Below, in pieces: positions 25,455 through 36,692 of a stretch of DNA of 64,000 nucleotides. The stretch is from Phyllosticta citribraziliensis (Eukaryota), in NCBI RefSeq assembly GCF_038025025.1, contig NW_027117347.1, positions 1,302,001 through 1,366,000 on the forward strand. Direction: 5' to 3'. The notes under the pieces were generated by a model. It saw only the letters and a program-made list of their open reading frames with translations. It did no database searches and had not been told where the DNA came from. Position 1 is the stretch's first letter. Every line of letters starts with the position of its first letter. The translations under genes were made by a program, and so were the position numbers.

Positions 25455-27560
25455 ATGGAAGATGGCAGAAAAGAAAGCACAGTACCCAGCAGCCCAGGTA
25501 ATGTCCAATCGCGGCTCCGGACCGTAACGACGGCATCAGGGAAAACCACAATTTCCTTCCCACACGACTCCAAAACCTCCAACGGCCCATCAGCGACGTC
25601 CAATCTATCACGGGAAACTCATCTCACAAAATCGACGACATCGCAGTCATTTCATCCTCCAGCACCGACGACGGGTCGCTCGCGACGCGGTAGCAAGGCA
25701 TCGAGGAAATCCGTTGACAAGTTCTCCATCAAGCACAAGATTTCTGTCCGGTTACGCCCGCGCTCGGCTGTTTCAGGTGGTCCCTCCAGGAAGTTTTCGG
25801 GGCCTGCGGCGGGCTTGTTGCCTCCTCGAAGCATCTCTCCGCATCAGCATTTGAAGCCTGGGTTTCTGTCGAGGCCGGTGACGCCCATAGATTCTTCGTC
25901 GGTACTGGAACCGCCTAGTTCAAGCCTATTCTTCCACTCCATCCCGAGAACACCGGACCAGGAGAAGGAACCTCAAGCAGCGACTGCACAACCACAGGAA
26001 CAGCAGCAGTCTCCTCCCAAACAACCCACGCCGCGCTCTTCGTCAAACCCCGAGAGTAGCTCATCTTCCGAATCCAACTCTTCCTCCACCCCACCACGTC
26101 GTTCCAAAAGCGCCGAAAACGTCTCTGCCCCTTTTACTGCGCCTCCAGGACCTCGCCTCATACCCCGGACTCAATCCTCGCCCACCAAACCGGATGGATC
26201 TGCCACCGTCTCCTCGGACGCTGAAGAGGCATGGCGCATACTTCGCCGCAAGGAATTCACCCTGCGCATCCAGGAAGAAGTGCTCAAAGTCGGTCGACGA
26301 CGCCTGCAACAGGAACGCGAAGAGCTGGAGAAGGAGCGCCGAGGGTTCAGGGAAGAAAGACGACGATGGTGGCGCGAAAGAGTTGGGTTGGAGGGGAGAG
26401 TCAGGATTGGGGGAAAGAGCAGGGACCGAGATGACGCTGCGGGCGAGACGGACAGGACGTTGTGGAGCGAGACAGAGTCATCAGACGCAGGCGGCATGGA
26501 CGAAGAAGAGCTTGGAGCACGAAGCAGTGGTGAGGACGAGGATGGAGCAACGGAAAGGCCGGAGTCGTTGCGTTCACGGTCTGAGTCCGACACGACGTAC
26601 TCGTCGACGGCTTCGACTGAGTCAGCGTCGGGTTCGACGAGTTGGTCGCGGCGTCGGCCAAGTTCTTCAACGGACAGCAAAGAAGACATCGACAGGGCCA
26701 GAAACGAAAGTACAGCCACCAGATTGACCCAGCCCTCCTCCTCTTCGCCGAGCTGCTGCGTCTGCGCCGCATCGGCGTCCGAATCAGCACGACAACCGCC
26801 TCCGGATCAACTGCACACCTACGCCACTTACACGCTGGCCTGGACATCACTCGCGCACAGCAGCGCAGCCATCCCCTTCCCGACACCGACGCTGCTCCCC
26901 GACGGTCTTGTACTCTCCCATTCCACCGCCAGCACCACCAATCCCTCCACAATCTGGCCTCAAGAAACAGTCATCAAGCAAAATGCGGCCAGCTTCGTCC
27001 TCGCGGGCCACAACATCTCGTCCACCCTCACCTCCCTTCCCGACGTCTCCTCGCCCCCACCACAATCCTACATCCCCGCGCCGGCGCTACACGCTCTGAG
27101 CAATAAGCAGCTGACTACGCTGGTGTCGGCGCTTCGCCGCGAGCTGCGGCGGTGGCACGAGGATAGCCTTGCGCGGCGCGTCGGATCTGAACTCGACCAG
27201 CGCGGCTGCGCGGAGTGCCGCGCCAGCAGCAAGCGCGACAGACAGAAAGCCAGTGGCAGCGCGGCAGGCGCGGCAGAAAAGACCAGGAACGACGCGCTCG
27301 TCGCGGATGAGCGTGTGCGTGCTGTCTTCCGCGCTTTCACGGAGCTAAGGGACGAGGTGTTGGCGGAAGTTCGGGCGAGGGAGGAGGATGCTGTTCGGAT
27401 GAAAGGGGGAGAGACGGCGAATGGGATGAAAGGGAGCCGTGATGGGGCGGCGAGCCGTGGAGATGGCAAAGAGGGGGATTGGTGCCAGGGGATGGGTAGA
27501 ACCAAGAGCCATGGATGTGGCGGAGCTGCTGGAGGCATCAGGTCCGAAGATTTCATCTAA
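25455..27560 (+). CDS. Hypothetical Ser/Pro-rich protein with coiled coil and a C-terminal degenerate J-like (NFKBIL1 C-terminus-like) domain
   Basis: 701-aa single-exon ORF with a charged coiled coil (RRRLQQEREELEKERRGFREERRR) and C-terminal Y...AW..L...IPFP ... LRRELRRWHED ... RVRAVF. Confidence 0.65.
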   Translation: MEDGRKESTVPSSPGNVQSRLRTVTTASGKTTISFPHDSKTSNGPSATSNLSRETHLTKSTTSQSFHPPAPTTGRSRRGSKASRKSVDKFSIKHKISVRLRPRSAVSGGPSRKFSGPAAGLLPPRSISPHQHLKPGFLSRPVTPIDSSSVLEPPSSSLFFHSIPRTPDQEKEPQAATAQPQEQQQSPPKQPTPRSSSNPESSSSSESNSSSTPPRRSKSAENVSAPFTAPPGPRLIPRTQSSPTKPDGSATVSSDAEEAWRILRRKEFTLRIQEEVLKVGRRRLQQEREELEKERRGFREERRRWWRERVGLEGRVRIGGKSRDRDDAAGETDRTLWSETESSDAGGMDEEELGARSSGEDEDGATERPESLRSRSESDTTYSSTASTESASGSTSWSRRRPSSSTDSKEDIDRARNESTATRLTQPSSSSPSCCVCAASASESARQPPPDQLHTYATYTLAWTSLAHSSAAIPFPTPTLLPDGLVLSHSTASTTNPSTIWPQETVIKQNAASFVLAGHNISSTLTSLPDVSSPPPQSYIPAPALHALSNKQLTTLVSALRRELRRWHEDSLARRVGSELDQRGCAECRASSKRDRQKASGSAAGAAEKTRNDALVADERVRAVFRAFTELRDEVLAEVRAREEDAVRMKGGETANGMKGSRDGAASRGDGKEGDWCQGMGRTKSHGCGGAAGGIRSEDFI

Positions 27561-28073
27561 CTTAGAGGGCGCATCGCATGCACTGTTGGATCATGTGGAG
27601 TTGGATGGACGATTGTATCTTTTAATAAGCATCTGACTCTTGATGGGGGGATGTGGTTATATGGCAATTCACTCGCTCCCAGAATGTGAGATATCCCCCG
27701 ACAGTCGTTGAGGCCTGATGTGTGGCTGTGGTTCCGAGATTTGCTAGTGACAGCATTCAGGCACAGCCATTGCCAGGCGGACAGAAGGATAGAATATTCC
27801 TCAACAAAGCATGAAATTCAAGAACCTTGGATTCCGGAGCATCGATCCACATATCATTGTTGTCGAATATGACCCAGCTCTTCTTGCTGAACCTCGGAAC
27901 GCGTGGTCGAAAGCGCAATAGCAGAAGGCAAGATGAGGCCAAAATGATGTGTTGGAAACAAAAGATATCTTTCCCCAACATAGTGTGGTATATTACTGTT
28001 TGGATATCTCGCCGTGCTTCCACAAATCAACAAACCTTTTCTGTCTCTTCTCCATCACCAGGCGGAATCTGAA

Positions 28074-29170
28074 ATGCCTCTTTCTCCGGTAGTAATCACG
28101 GTAGTCAACCTCATGGCTGAAGAAGACGGCCTTCCACCCGAAGACGACCTTCCTCCCGAAGACGACCTTCCTCCCGAAGACGACCTTCCTCCCGAAGACG
28201 ATCTTTCGACCGAAGACGACCTTTCGACCGAAGACGACCTTCCTCCCGTGCCCATGGTGGTACCACCTGTGGGACTCGGCTGTATAAACTGCCGATCGTT
28301 CACATCCACAAATTTCCAAAGGCGATGCTTCTCCGACACCTTGGTGAAGTGTCAGGGGCGCAGCTTCTACGTGCACCGCCTCGTTTTGATCTACTGGTCG
28401 TACTACTTCGAGTTGCTTTTTTCGCGCCGCGCAGGAGACGACGTACGCCCACTTATGTCACCTCTCGAGACTAGAATTCAACTGATTGCAGTGACTAGTT
28501 TTCTACGATCCACGTCGACCAGTGTGGGGATCCTCTCATCTTCCGAGCCCTTCTCCTCTGGTTCTACGAGGAAGAGTTCGACGAAACCAAAATATATCCA
28601 GCAGGCTTGAGAATTGGACCGGAGAACGACTTAGAGGTCCTCCCTCCCGGCAACGACGCCGAGCGGCAGCTACGCGGATGCTTCCTCATGTGGGCTGCAG
28701 CCGAAATGTTCGGCGCCGAAGGGCTCAAGGAAGCCATATGGAAACGTATCCAAGACAAGGGCTTCTTCTGGGACAAACCAGGATCCCAGGGCTCAATATC
28801 AATGGAACGCGCCTTCGATATACTCCGGGATCTCTTCCTCTTCACTGGCACCGGAATCTGCGGCATACGCTCCCGCTACCTGGCTATGCGGTGGGCGTCG
28901 GACCACTATGTCGCGCTCTGGTGCACCCCCTTCTTCGATCGCGCCCTCGAGATTCCCGGCTGGTTCGTCGAGTTCCGCCAGTTCAAGACTGATTCGAAGC
29001 TTTGGACGCGCAAGTGCCCTTCCTGCAATGATCCTTGGACTAAAGAAATGGCTGATGACATGGTTTATGTTTGCCCGCATTGTCGGGCCCGTCATACCGT
29101 TGATGAGTGGGCTCATGGGATTGGGGATGCGCCTCATCCTATGACAATGCCTGCGGCAACGCCTCGTTGA
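28074..29170 (+). CDS. BTB/POZ-domain protein with N-terminal acidic repeat and C-terminal CxxC..CxxC zinc ribbon (paralogue 1)
   Basis: FSDTLVKCQGRSFYVHRLVLIYWSYYFELLF (BTB start). A phase-0 intron at 28443..28498 joins it to FSTIHVDQCGDPLIFRALLLWFY, and the C-terminus reads RKCPSC...VCPHCRARHTVDEW. The start could instead be the ATG at 28113. Confidence 0.8.
28122..28247 (+). repeat. Coding minisatellite, 7 x 18 bp (GAAGACGACCTTCCTCCC consensus), encoding EDDLPP/EDDLST
   Basis: Read directly: EDGLPP, 3x EDDLPP, 2x EDDLST, EDDLPP. Confidence 0.95.
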
Positions 29171-29544
29171 AGCATCATCCGTATGGGAGCCGCACATATG
29201 GTTTGTGGTCCTTGGTCTGGCTTGGTGGAAAGGTGATTCAGGGGCCTTTGCCACTCGTCATGTATGTAGGTTTGGTTAAATTTCTGGGATTTTCCCAATG
29301 ATACCCAAATCAATAACCGCTTGCTTTTCGGGTTACTTCTGTACGTCAATACTTTATGATGCGATTCAGAAGCAGCGCGTATCATTTTATAAGAGCTGAG
29401 CGTCCACACAACAGCTTTGCAGCCTCTGGATCAAGGAAAGAATGTTCAAATTCCTTTCTTTCACTGGAACCTCGTCAGTTTGTGATCCAGGCGGCTGGGC
29501 TTTCAAAGCAACAAACTGTAGCCGTTTTGGTTGCTTACCTCGTG

Positions 29545-32500
29545 CTAGGATTTCTGATGGCTCACTGCCCGATTTCCACGTTCGCCTATGGACCATGCAT
29601 GTCTGCCCGACACAGGCTCACCAAGCCAAGGTTCCGTGTCATGTGAAGGGCAGCGTTCTTCTGAAAGCTGAAAGAGCGTTTGTGCGAAGGACATAGACAA
29701 ATCTCCGTAGTTGACTGCGAGCCATAGGTACGCGCGCTCCGGTATGCGTGCGTCGAGAAAGGGAATCGCGGATACGACGGCGGTAAATCCGCATGCGTAG
29801 AGAATTAGTGCAAGTGCCGCAACAACTTGTCTCCATCCTTTGTATGGCCTCTCTACATCCTCTTGTCGGCATTCGCGGAGACTGCCGACACGCTCTGAGG
29901 TTGTCTCCTGTAGCCCGATGTGGTGACAACTGTACCGGACGATTCCACAGCGGAACTCCTTCCCAGAAGTCCAGTTTTGACCCCAGCTTTTGACCTGTTC
30001 CAAATTCTTGTTGGCATCTAGCAACATTCGAGATTTAGGGCCATAGACTTTCGCTAAATTTTGCACCACCAGCTCCTGAAGCTTCTCAGCTGTTCCGAAC
30101 TGCATCTTGTTCCCCAAGTCCGCAACTATACATGCCAAATACAGCACCAGTACGTCCCTGTTGAGCGGCTGAAAGTATTTATGGAATAGTGTTTCGAGGG
30201 TTTTCTCAGCGTCTTGGATGCGGTTCTCGCACATTTGCCATCGAAAAAGTTCAAATCTGGTGCTCATGACGAGCACTGGTCGATAACACGGACGTTCCAG
30301 GCTCCCGAGCGCCTCGATGGCCCAGTCGAAAAGATTTGCTACGTCTTGGCTTGATTCCCCTTGGCGAGACAAAGCTATCGCTAGGCGTAAGGTGGCCGTC
30401 GCCGTTTCCATAGTGCGTAGGCTAGGGAGACGCTGCTCGTCAATCTCCAAGACGGAACGCAAAATTTTAATCGCCTTGGTGGGATTACCCGTAGCGCAGT
30501 AAAGGTGACTCAATTGTAAAGCTGATCCGTATGATACTTCATTGGGCCGAATAAATGAAGAGGTCCATTTTTCGTGCGAAGACTCGAGCAGTGATCGTGC
30601 TTCATTCAAGAGACCGGTTTTCAGATAAAGCGATCCAAGGAAGCAACGGTCTATGAAAGACATATCATCAGGCGTTTCTTTGAGGATCTTTTCGAAGATC
30701 GCTTTGGCAGCATCGATATTCCCCATGGATATGTATGTTGCGCTAAGCAAGGAGCGTATCGTCTTGGTCCTGGTGTTTGACTCGCTCAAAGTGGTTTGGG
30801 CGAAATCCAGAGCTGGGACGAGCAACCTCTCGGCCTGGCCATACTTCCGTTCTCCCCGATATATCATGGCTAGACAGCATGTGGCTGCGAGACGTTCACG
30901 AGAATACGAGTTTTCGCCGTTCGCTTTGCATTCTTTGATAGCTCGCTGGTATGCTTTGGCTGCCTCTTTCAGGTTGGTCCTATTATTGTGGATTTGCCCC
31001 ATTCTAATGTGAGCTCGGATAGTGCTTTGTCCTGAATTCTGAGCACGGATTGTCTTGTATGTCTGGCATGCTTTTTGGTAGACTTCATTCCGTTTCTCGG
31101 CCATGGTAAGCTTTCCGTAAGATTCATGAAGAACTTCGTAGCACTGGAGTACTTTGTCAAAATCTTGTTTGCCCTCGTATTTCTTGGCAGCCATCGTTAT
31201 CATCGGAGTTGCGAGCCCAAAATCCTGGTATCCGGCAAGAAAGCGTCCGAGCGATAGAAGATATTTCCTTGGTGATCGAGGACTTTTCGAATAATACTCA
31301 GCGACAGGCAGAGCGTGTCGACGAATCCTCAGCTTCTGTGCAAGGTCTTCGCACTGGTCGTGCATATAGATGATTGTCGCAGCGATTCGGTATATATCTG
31401 GTTCCTCCTGGTTGCTTATTAAGCTTTTGCACCACGCGTGCACTACAGGATGCATAGAAAAGCTCGATTCGTCCTCTGAGCGGACAATGAGAGAAAGGTC
31501 CAAAAGAACTTTCATGGCGCGTTGGAACACTAGTGGATTCATTCGGAGTTCTTTTAGCGAGGAAGGATATTTGGAGCCAAGAGAGCTTTTTGATGAAGGC
31601 TTGAAGGCAAAGAGTTGGGACCATATGTCGTTTCGATCGAGGACAGCCCAGACTTTCAACAAGTCCTCGACAACATGGTCCTTCCCTTTCGCTCGTTCGA
31701 CGGAAATTTGCCATGTGGTCAGAAGTGTCCGTCCTTTGTAATCTTGCCGCGGCTCGTGTTCGTTGACCAACTCCGGCCACGAAGAGTTGTAGAGATCCAG
31801 GTAATCGTTCACAGACATGCCTAGTTGACCAATGTATGAGCCGGCGAGGGCGAGAGCAAGGGGCAAGCCTTCTAGCCTATTGATGAGTGGCCTCCAGTAG
31901 TTGGAATCTGAAACAAAAATCAGCTTTGACAAGATAATGCGGTTCCGTAATACCGTACCCCGTGGAGTCGGCGACCTTGCGTTAGCGTTCAAAATTGCAC
32001 AGGCTTCTTGGTCCGTGACAGAATCAACTTGTAGATCTTCGAAGCGTTGTCCCACGGACCGAAACCGACTTGTAATGAGAATGGAGCCATGCTCAGCTCT
32101 CGGAAGATATTCGTCCAGATCGTATGACTTCGAGTCCTTCGGATTGGACTGGTCATAGTCGACATTGTCGATAATGATGAGCCAATGCTTGTTGCCTGGC
32201 ATGGAAAGCCAATGTTGTATCGCGTCAATCTCTTTATCTTGTTCGTTACCAATACTCTCCCCCATTGGACTTGACGAATAATCAGGCATTCTGCGCAACA
32301 TGCGAGAAAACGAGTCTTTGAGATTCGATTTGGTCGAGCCGTCGAGCCAGAATACTGCGCTGTATCTGGAGTGGAAGTCTCGAGCGAACTTGACGGCCAG
32401 TTGTGTCTTGCCAATGCCACCAAGACCGTGGAGAAGGAAGACTTTGCGGCCGTCCCTCATAGGGTTCAGGAACTCCTCGAGCTTTTTCAGTTGAGACTCA

Positions 32501-33781
32501 CGCCCAATGAACCTGTCTGTCGTAGGTATATTTTCGAGACTAAACGCAACCTTGAATAGGTCGCCGGTATCTAACGGCATACATCAGACTTTGATTCGGC
32601 CCAAGGCAAAAGCCCACGCTCCGGTCGAGGGTAGCTCAGGGGCAAGTTACATTCTTTTCGTGCTCGCATGAGGCCAGGAGTTGCCTTGACCATTGCCCGG
32701 ATTTGAATCTCTACTTCTTGGAAACTTTGGTGATCTCGGCTCTCAAATTTGTTGATGTTGAAATGATTGCGGTTCAGCACAATTTTCTCCACTCCGTCCA
32801 GACGTCCTGACGATGGGCTCACCACGTAAGGCTGTAATGGTATTAGCAAAAGTATTTCCAGACTTTGATCGAAAGAACCACCTACCAACCTGTCCTTTTC
32901 TCCGCCTGTAAGTGCTCCAATATTACTGGGCACTGTTTCGGTAAAACAAGACACTAAGGGGGGATTGGGCTCGTTACGGACCGCATCGAATTCGGTCATG
33001 ATGCCCTCGAGCAGTTGATCATCGGCGCCTAAAGTTTGCAGCACAGAGGTGTCGACCTCATCTTCGTATTTCGCAACTGCCGCTGCGACCAATCTGCTTG
33101 TGAAGTCGCTTGTCGTTCCCCTGAAGGGAGTGCTGAAGAATGCTATGCCCATCGTTGACTCAAAGACTTTCCGGCGGTCGTCTTTCAGATGAGACGATAA
33201 AGATAGAGCCTGCAATTCTTAGTACCAATCGCTTGGAATTTCGTGTTGTACACTCACACGCATCAAGACTACTCCACCAAAGCAATGCGCAATGAAAATG
33301 ATAGGCCGATCGGAACATTCCTAGGTATTGATCAGTCATCATGGCTGCTTACACGCAAGGGCTTTGGAATTTTACTTGTCTTTTGAACTGTAAAGCACGC
33401 AGAAGACTGCTTGCAATATCCAGCACTCTTGCGCTAACCATTTCACTTCCAAACCACGCACTTGGATACCCGTATCTCATGATGCGAGCATTTGGCACTA
33501 TGGCAGGAAGCATTTCATGGTTTTGAAGCCAGTTGATCTTCGTCCCATCTTCGGTTTTCTGGACCCACGTGTCGTCCGGGTGTGCGCCGATCCCATGTAT
33601 CGCAATAATACTGGCAAGTATAAGTCGTTTCCTCACTATCAACAAGGCTGGGGCACTGACTCAAACTTTGGGTCTTCAGGTTCGTAGAAAGGACGCAGTC
33701 CAGTATCCCTTTCCTGTACCGGTCGAACCTAGACAGACCTATCAGCACTTGAATTGAACGTTATTGGACGCTTCTTACCAT
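29545..33781 (-). CDS. Fungal NLR-like STAND protein: SesB-like alpha/beta-hydrolase + NB-ARC + TPR repeats
   Basis: Spliced N-terminus M|VRPV...PKFD|IIAIHGIGAHPDDTW...RIMRYGY...RPIIFIAHCFGG...GIAFFSTPFRG...NHFNINKF. Intron 32571..32650 joins it in frame to the NB-ARC domain (FIGRE, GLGGIGKT, LIIIDNVD, ILITSR, GLPLAL, MHPVVH), followed by helical TPR-like repeats. The 3' end is taken from the ORF track and is less certain. Confidence 0.85.
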
Positions 33782-34301
33782 CTTGAACACTCGCTATGCG
33801 CTCAACACTTCGCTGGAACTGATTGCGACATGAGAAGCCTGATCTTAAAGGAGGGGTGGGGTGAGGAGGGGCCGGCAAAATATATCGTCGTCAGCTGGAT
33901 TGAACCCTGGCTGCGCCTTGCCGTACTCCCCTGTCTGATGATATGTGCAGAATCATCAGGCTGGCCCCCAAAGCTGCTTCCGTATGCCACGCCAAATGAT
34001 GCAGTGGAACGTTGGGCTGCTTAGGCCAATATCGTGCTCCGCCACAGTAGCAAGTACGCAAGTGCGTCACTCAGATAAGAAGCGTGGCAATACCCAGCCA
34101 CGCAGGTATGGAATAAGAGCCTGTAACGTGCAAGGGAAACACCTGCAGAGCATTGCATATGGCAGTGTGCTATTCGCGGAAGTAACGCAGGCCCATATTT
34201 TTCCGTAGCCAATCCCAAGCGCAACTGTGAGGATAAAGAGCTTGGCTCCCTGCGGCCGGCAACGTAGCTCTTGTCAGTCCACGAAAAGAACAGCCTTTCA
34301 A

Positions 34302-35843
34302 TCAAAGCTTCGCGACGGGAGGCTTCTTCTGGCTCTTCAAAGCTTCAATGACCTCTTTCGCACCCCTGATTCCAGATCTGACAGCACCCTCCATGTAACC
34401 GCGCCAGAGGTCCGCCGTCTCCGTGCCCACAAAATGAACATTGTCGAAGGGCTTCGTAAGCACCTTCCCCACCGAAGTCAGGATCCCAGGACCCATGATT
34501 GCGCATGGTGCACCCTGAAAGTACTGGTCCTTTGACCACTGCATTTCGATTGTGTTGATCGGGTCCGGCACCTTGCCCACAGCTTTCCCAAAAGCGTACT
34601 TGAACTCCTCAAGTACCTCCTTGCGGCGAGCAGCCATGGGAAGCGTCGACCACTCAAGCCCGGGCTTACCGACGACAAAGCAGCTGATGGACCACTGCTC
34701 ATCTTGCTCAACGCAAGTGTCGAAAGCAAAGGTAATAGGACCGCCGCGGTCAGAGACAAAGCTTCCAGAGAGACCGGCGTCGCGCCACCAGGGCGAAGAG
34801 AAAACGAGGACATATTTGGTGTAATAACACATTGTTGTGTTTTCGCTGAGGTCCTTCTTGGCTGGTGGGAGCGGTGGATTGAACTCGATCATGGGATAGA
34901 GGCATGTGGATATTGATACCACGACTTTCTTGCAGCGAAAAGCTAGCCCAGTCGTGGTCTTGACTTCGCAGTCGTCACCCTTGTGCTGGTGAATAGACTT
35001 GACGGGCGTTGAGAGGCGCACGGAATTAGGAGTGAGCTTTCCAGCGATTCCTTTGGCAAACGATTGTGTTCCTGTGTTGGGTCAGCTCGTACGTTCATGT
35101 ACAACATGCAGCGCAAAATACCTTCGCGAATCCTAATGTACTGCGCTCCGTCCTTTTCGTCGGACAGCAGTTGTGAGAGCCCAGTGCCGGCCTTGCAATA
35201 CTTGACGAAGAAGAGAGCGCTAACATCGTCAGCACTTGCTCCCCAAAGGGCTTGCGAGAGTATCTGAGCCTGAGTCTCAACATATACATTCGGCCCAGAT
35301 ATTTCTTTGCAAAATTCGGCAACCGTGGCGCGGTCAAGTTTGCGGGCCTTTTCAGCAGCGCTGGGACTTTCGAGGTCTTCTTCGACAAGCTCCTGAACTT
35401 TGGCGAACACATTCGCCAGCAAAGCTGCATCTTCTTCGCTAGCCTGCGAAATAGAGTCAGCCAATAGATGTTTAATTCCTCACACAGATGGAGGATTCAA
35501 ATCCACGTACAGGTGGAAGGTCTCCGTGAGCGACCAATTCAACTTGGCCATCCTTCAATAACATGACGTCTTTCCCTTCAGCCCTCTGCATAACTGCAGT
35601 GAGCTTCAGCTCCTTCAAGAGAGCAAACATGTTGCTCTGACTAGTGTCATTGATCCAGGCGGCGCCCAGATCGTTGAAGCCACTGTTGGTATCAGCAGAC
35701 CTCACTGTCCGAGTCTTTCCACCGACGCGATCGATTGCTTCAAGTACGATGCAAGACAGTCCGGCCTCTTGAACGAGGCGCGCAGTCTGAAGACCACTGA
35801 GACCAGCACCAACGATGACGACATCGACAGAGGTAGATTGCAT
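34302..35843 (-). CDS. Flavin-containing monoamine oxidase (MAO-N-like) with C-terminal PTS1 (-AKL)
   Basis: VVIVGAGLSGL, LEAIDRVGGKT, DLGAAWIND, HFVGTETA..WRGYMEGAVRSGIRGA. Introns at 35443..35510 and 35072..35121. Ends KKPPVAKL*. Confidence 0.92.
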
Positions 35844-36692
35844 GGTGGCTGAAAAGTCTTTGAGAAAGTAGACAGATTGGAATGTAGTAATGATGATGTT
35901 GGAAATTGTTAGACGATGGATTAGAACGAGATACTCGGATTTATATATTCGAGACTGAGGGGCGAACAGGACAAAAAGGGAAGCAATGAGGCGGGATGTT
36001 GAGCTGTGATGTCAGCTGTGAGATTTTTCGGTGGGCTTCAAATTGGTTTGTTCATCGTCCCATACACCAAATCTCTTGCGTCTTGCCTCTTTTGGGGAAA
36101 TAGTCGCGTCGGGACGGCTTGTAGACGCCAACTCCGCTACAACTCCACCAACGAGCGTGCCTCGGCCTCGGCGTCAATCCTCTCAGTGGAGTTCCTTCTC
36201 TTTTGTCTTGGCAGATATGCCTACTCTTTCCGCTGGAACAGATATGTCGAGATCCAGCGCCGTCTTTCGATGAAAATTCATGCAAAGGCCCGCTGTAGCG
36301 TGCAAGACCGCCGATTCGAGCGGTTGAGCAGGGAGCTTGCTGTTCCGGCCAAGAGTGCTGTAGGTGTGCTGTAGGTGGGAGATCGCAGGCTGCAGAGTGG
36401 AACGATGAAATCTCAAGAGCAATGGGGCTTCACTAAGCATTCGATCAACAGTGACCCTTCAAAGCGAAGAAGGAGAAGTTGTTTTAGAGTTGGGCGGTTG
36501 TGGTGGTGGAAAGCTTGGCAGCTCCGCCGTGGCTCCGCGGGCGGTAAGACGCGCACCTGGTGTTGCCTGCCGAGCTGGAGCTCTCATCAACACCGACATC
36601 ATCACCCAAGCCGCTTCAACCTTCCGTCATCAGCCTTTCGCCCGTCCTTCTCCCTCCCAACCGACCGTTTCCCTTTACGCCTTTCAATCGCC

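Noticed and set aside
28122..28247. Regular short repeats resembling a CRISPR array
   Set aside because: The units are head-to-tail without unique spacers, in frame within a eukaryotic CDS, and there are no cas genes.
33700..34300. Searched for an amyloid signalling motif or adjacent effector gene next to the NLR
   Set aside because: No HET-s-, sigma- or PP-like motif was seen. The NLR already carries its own enzymatic N-terminal domain, and its upstream neighbour is the amine oxidase.
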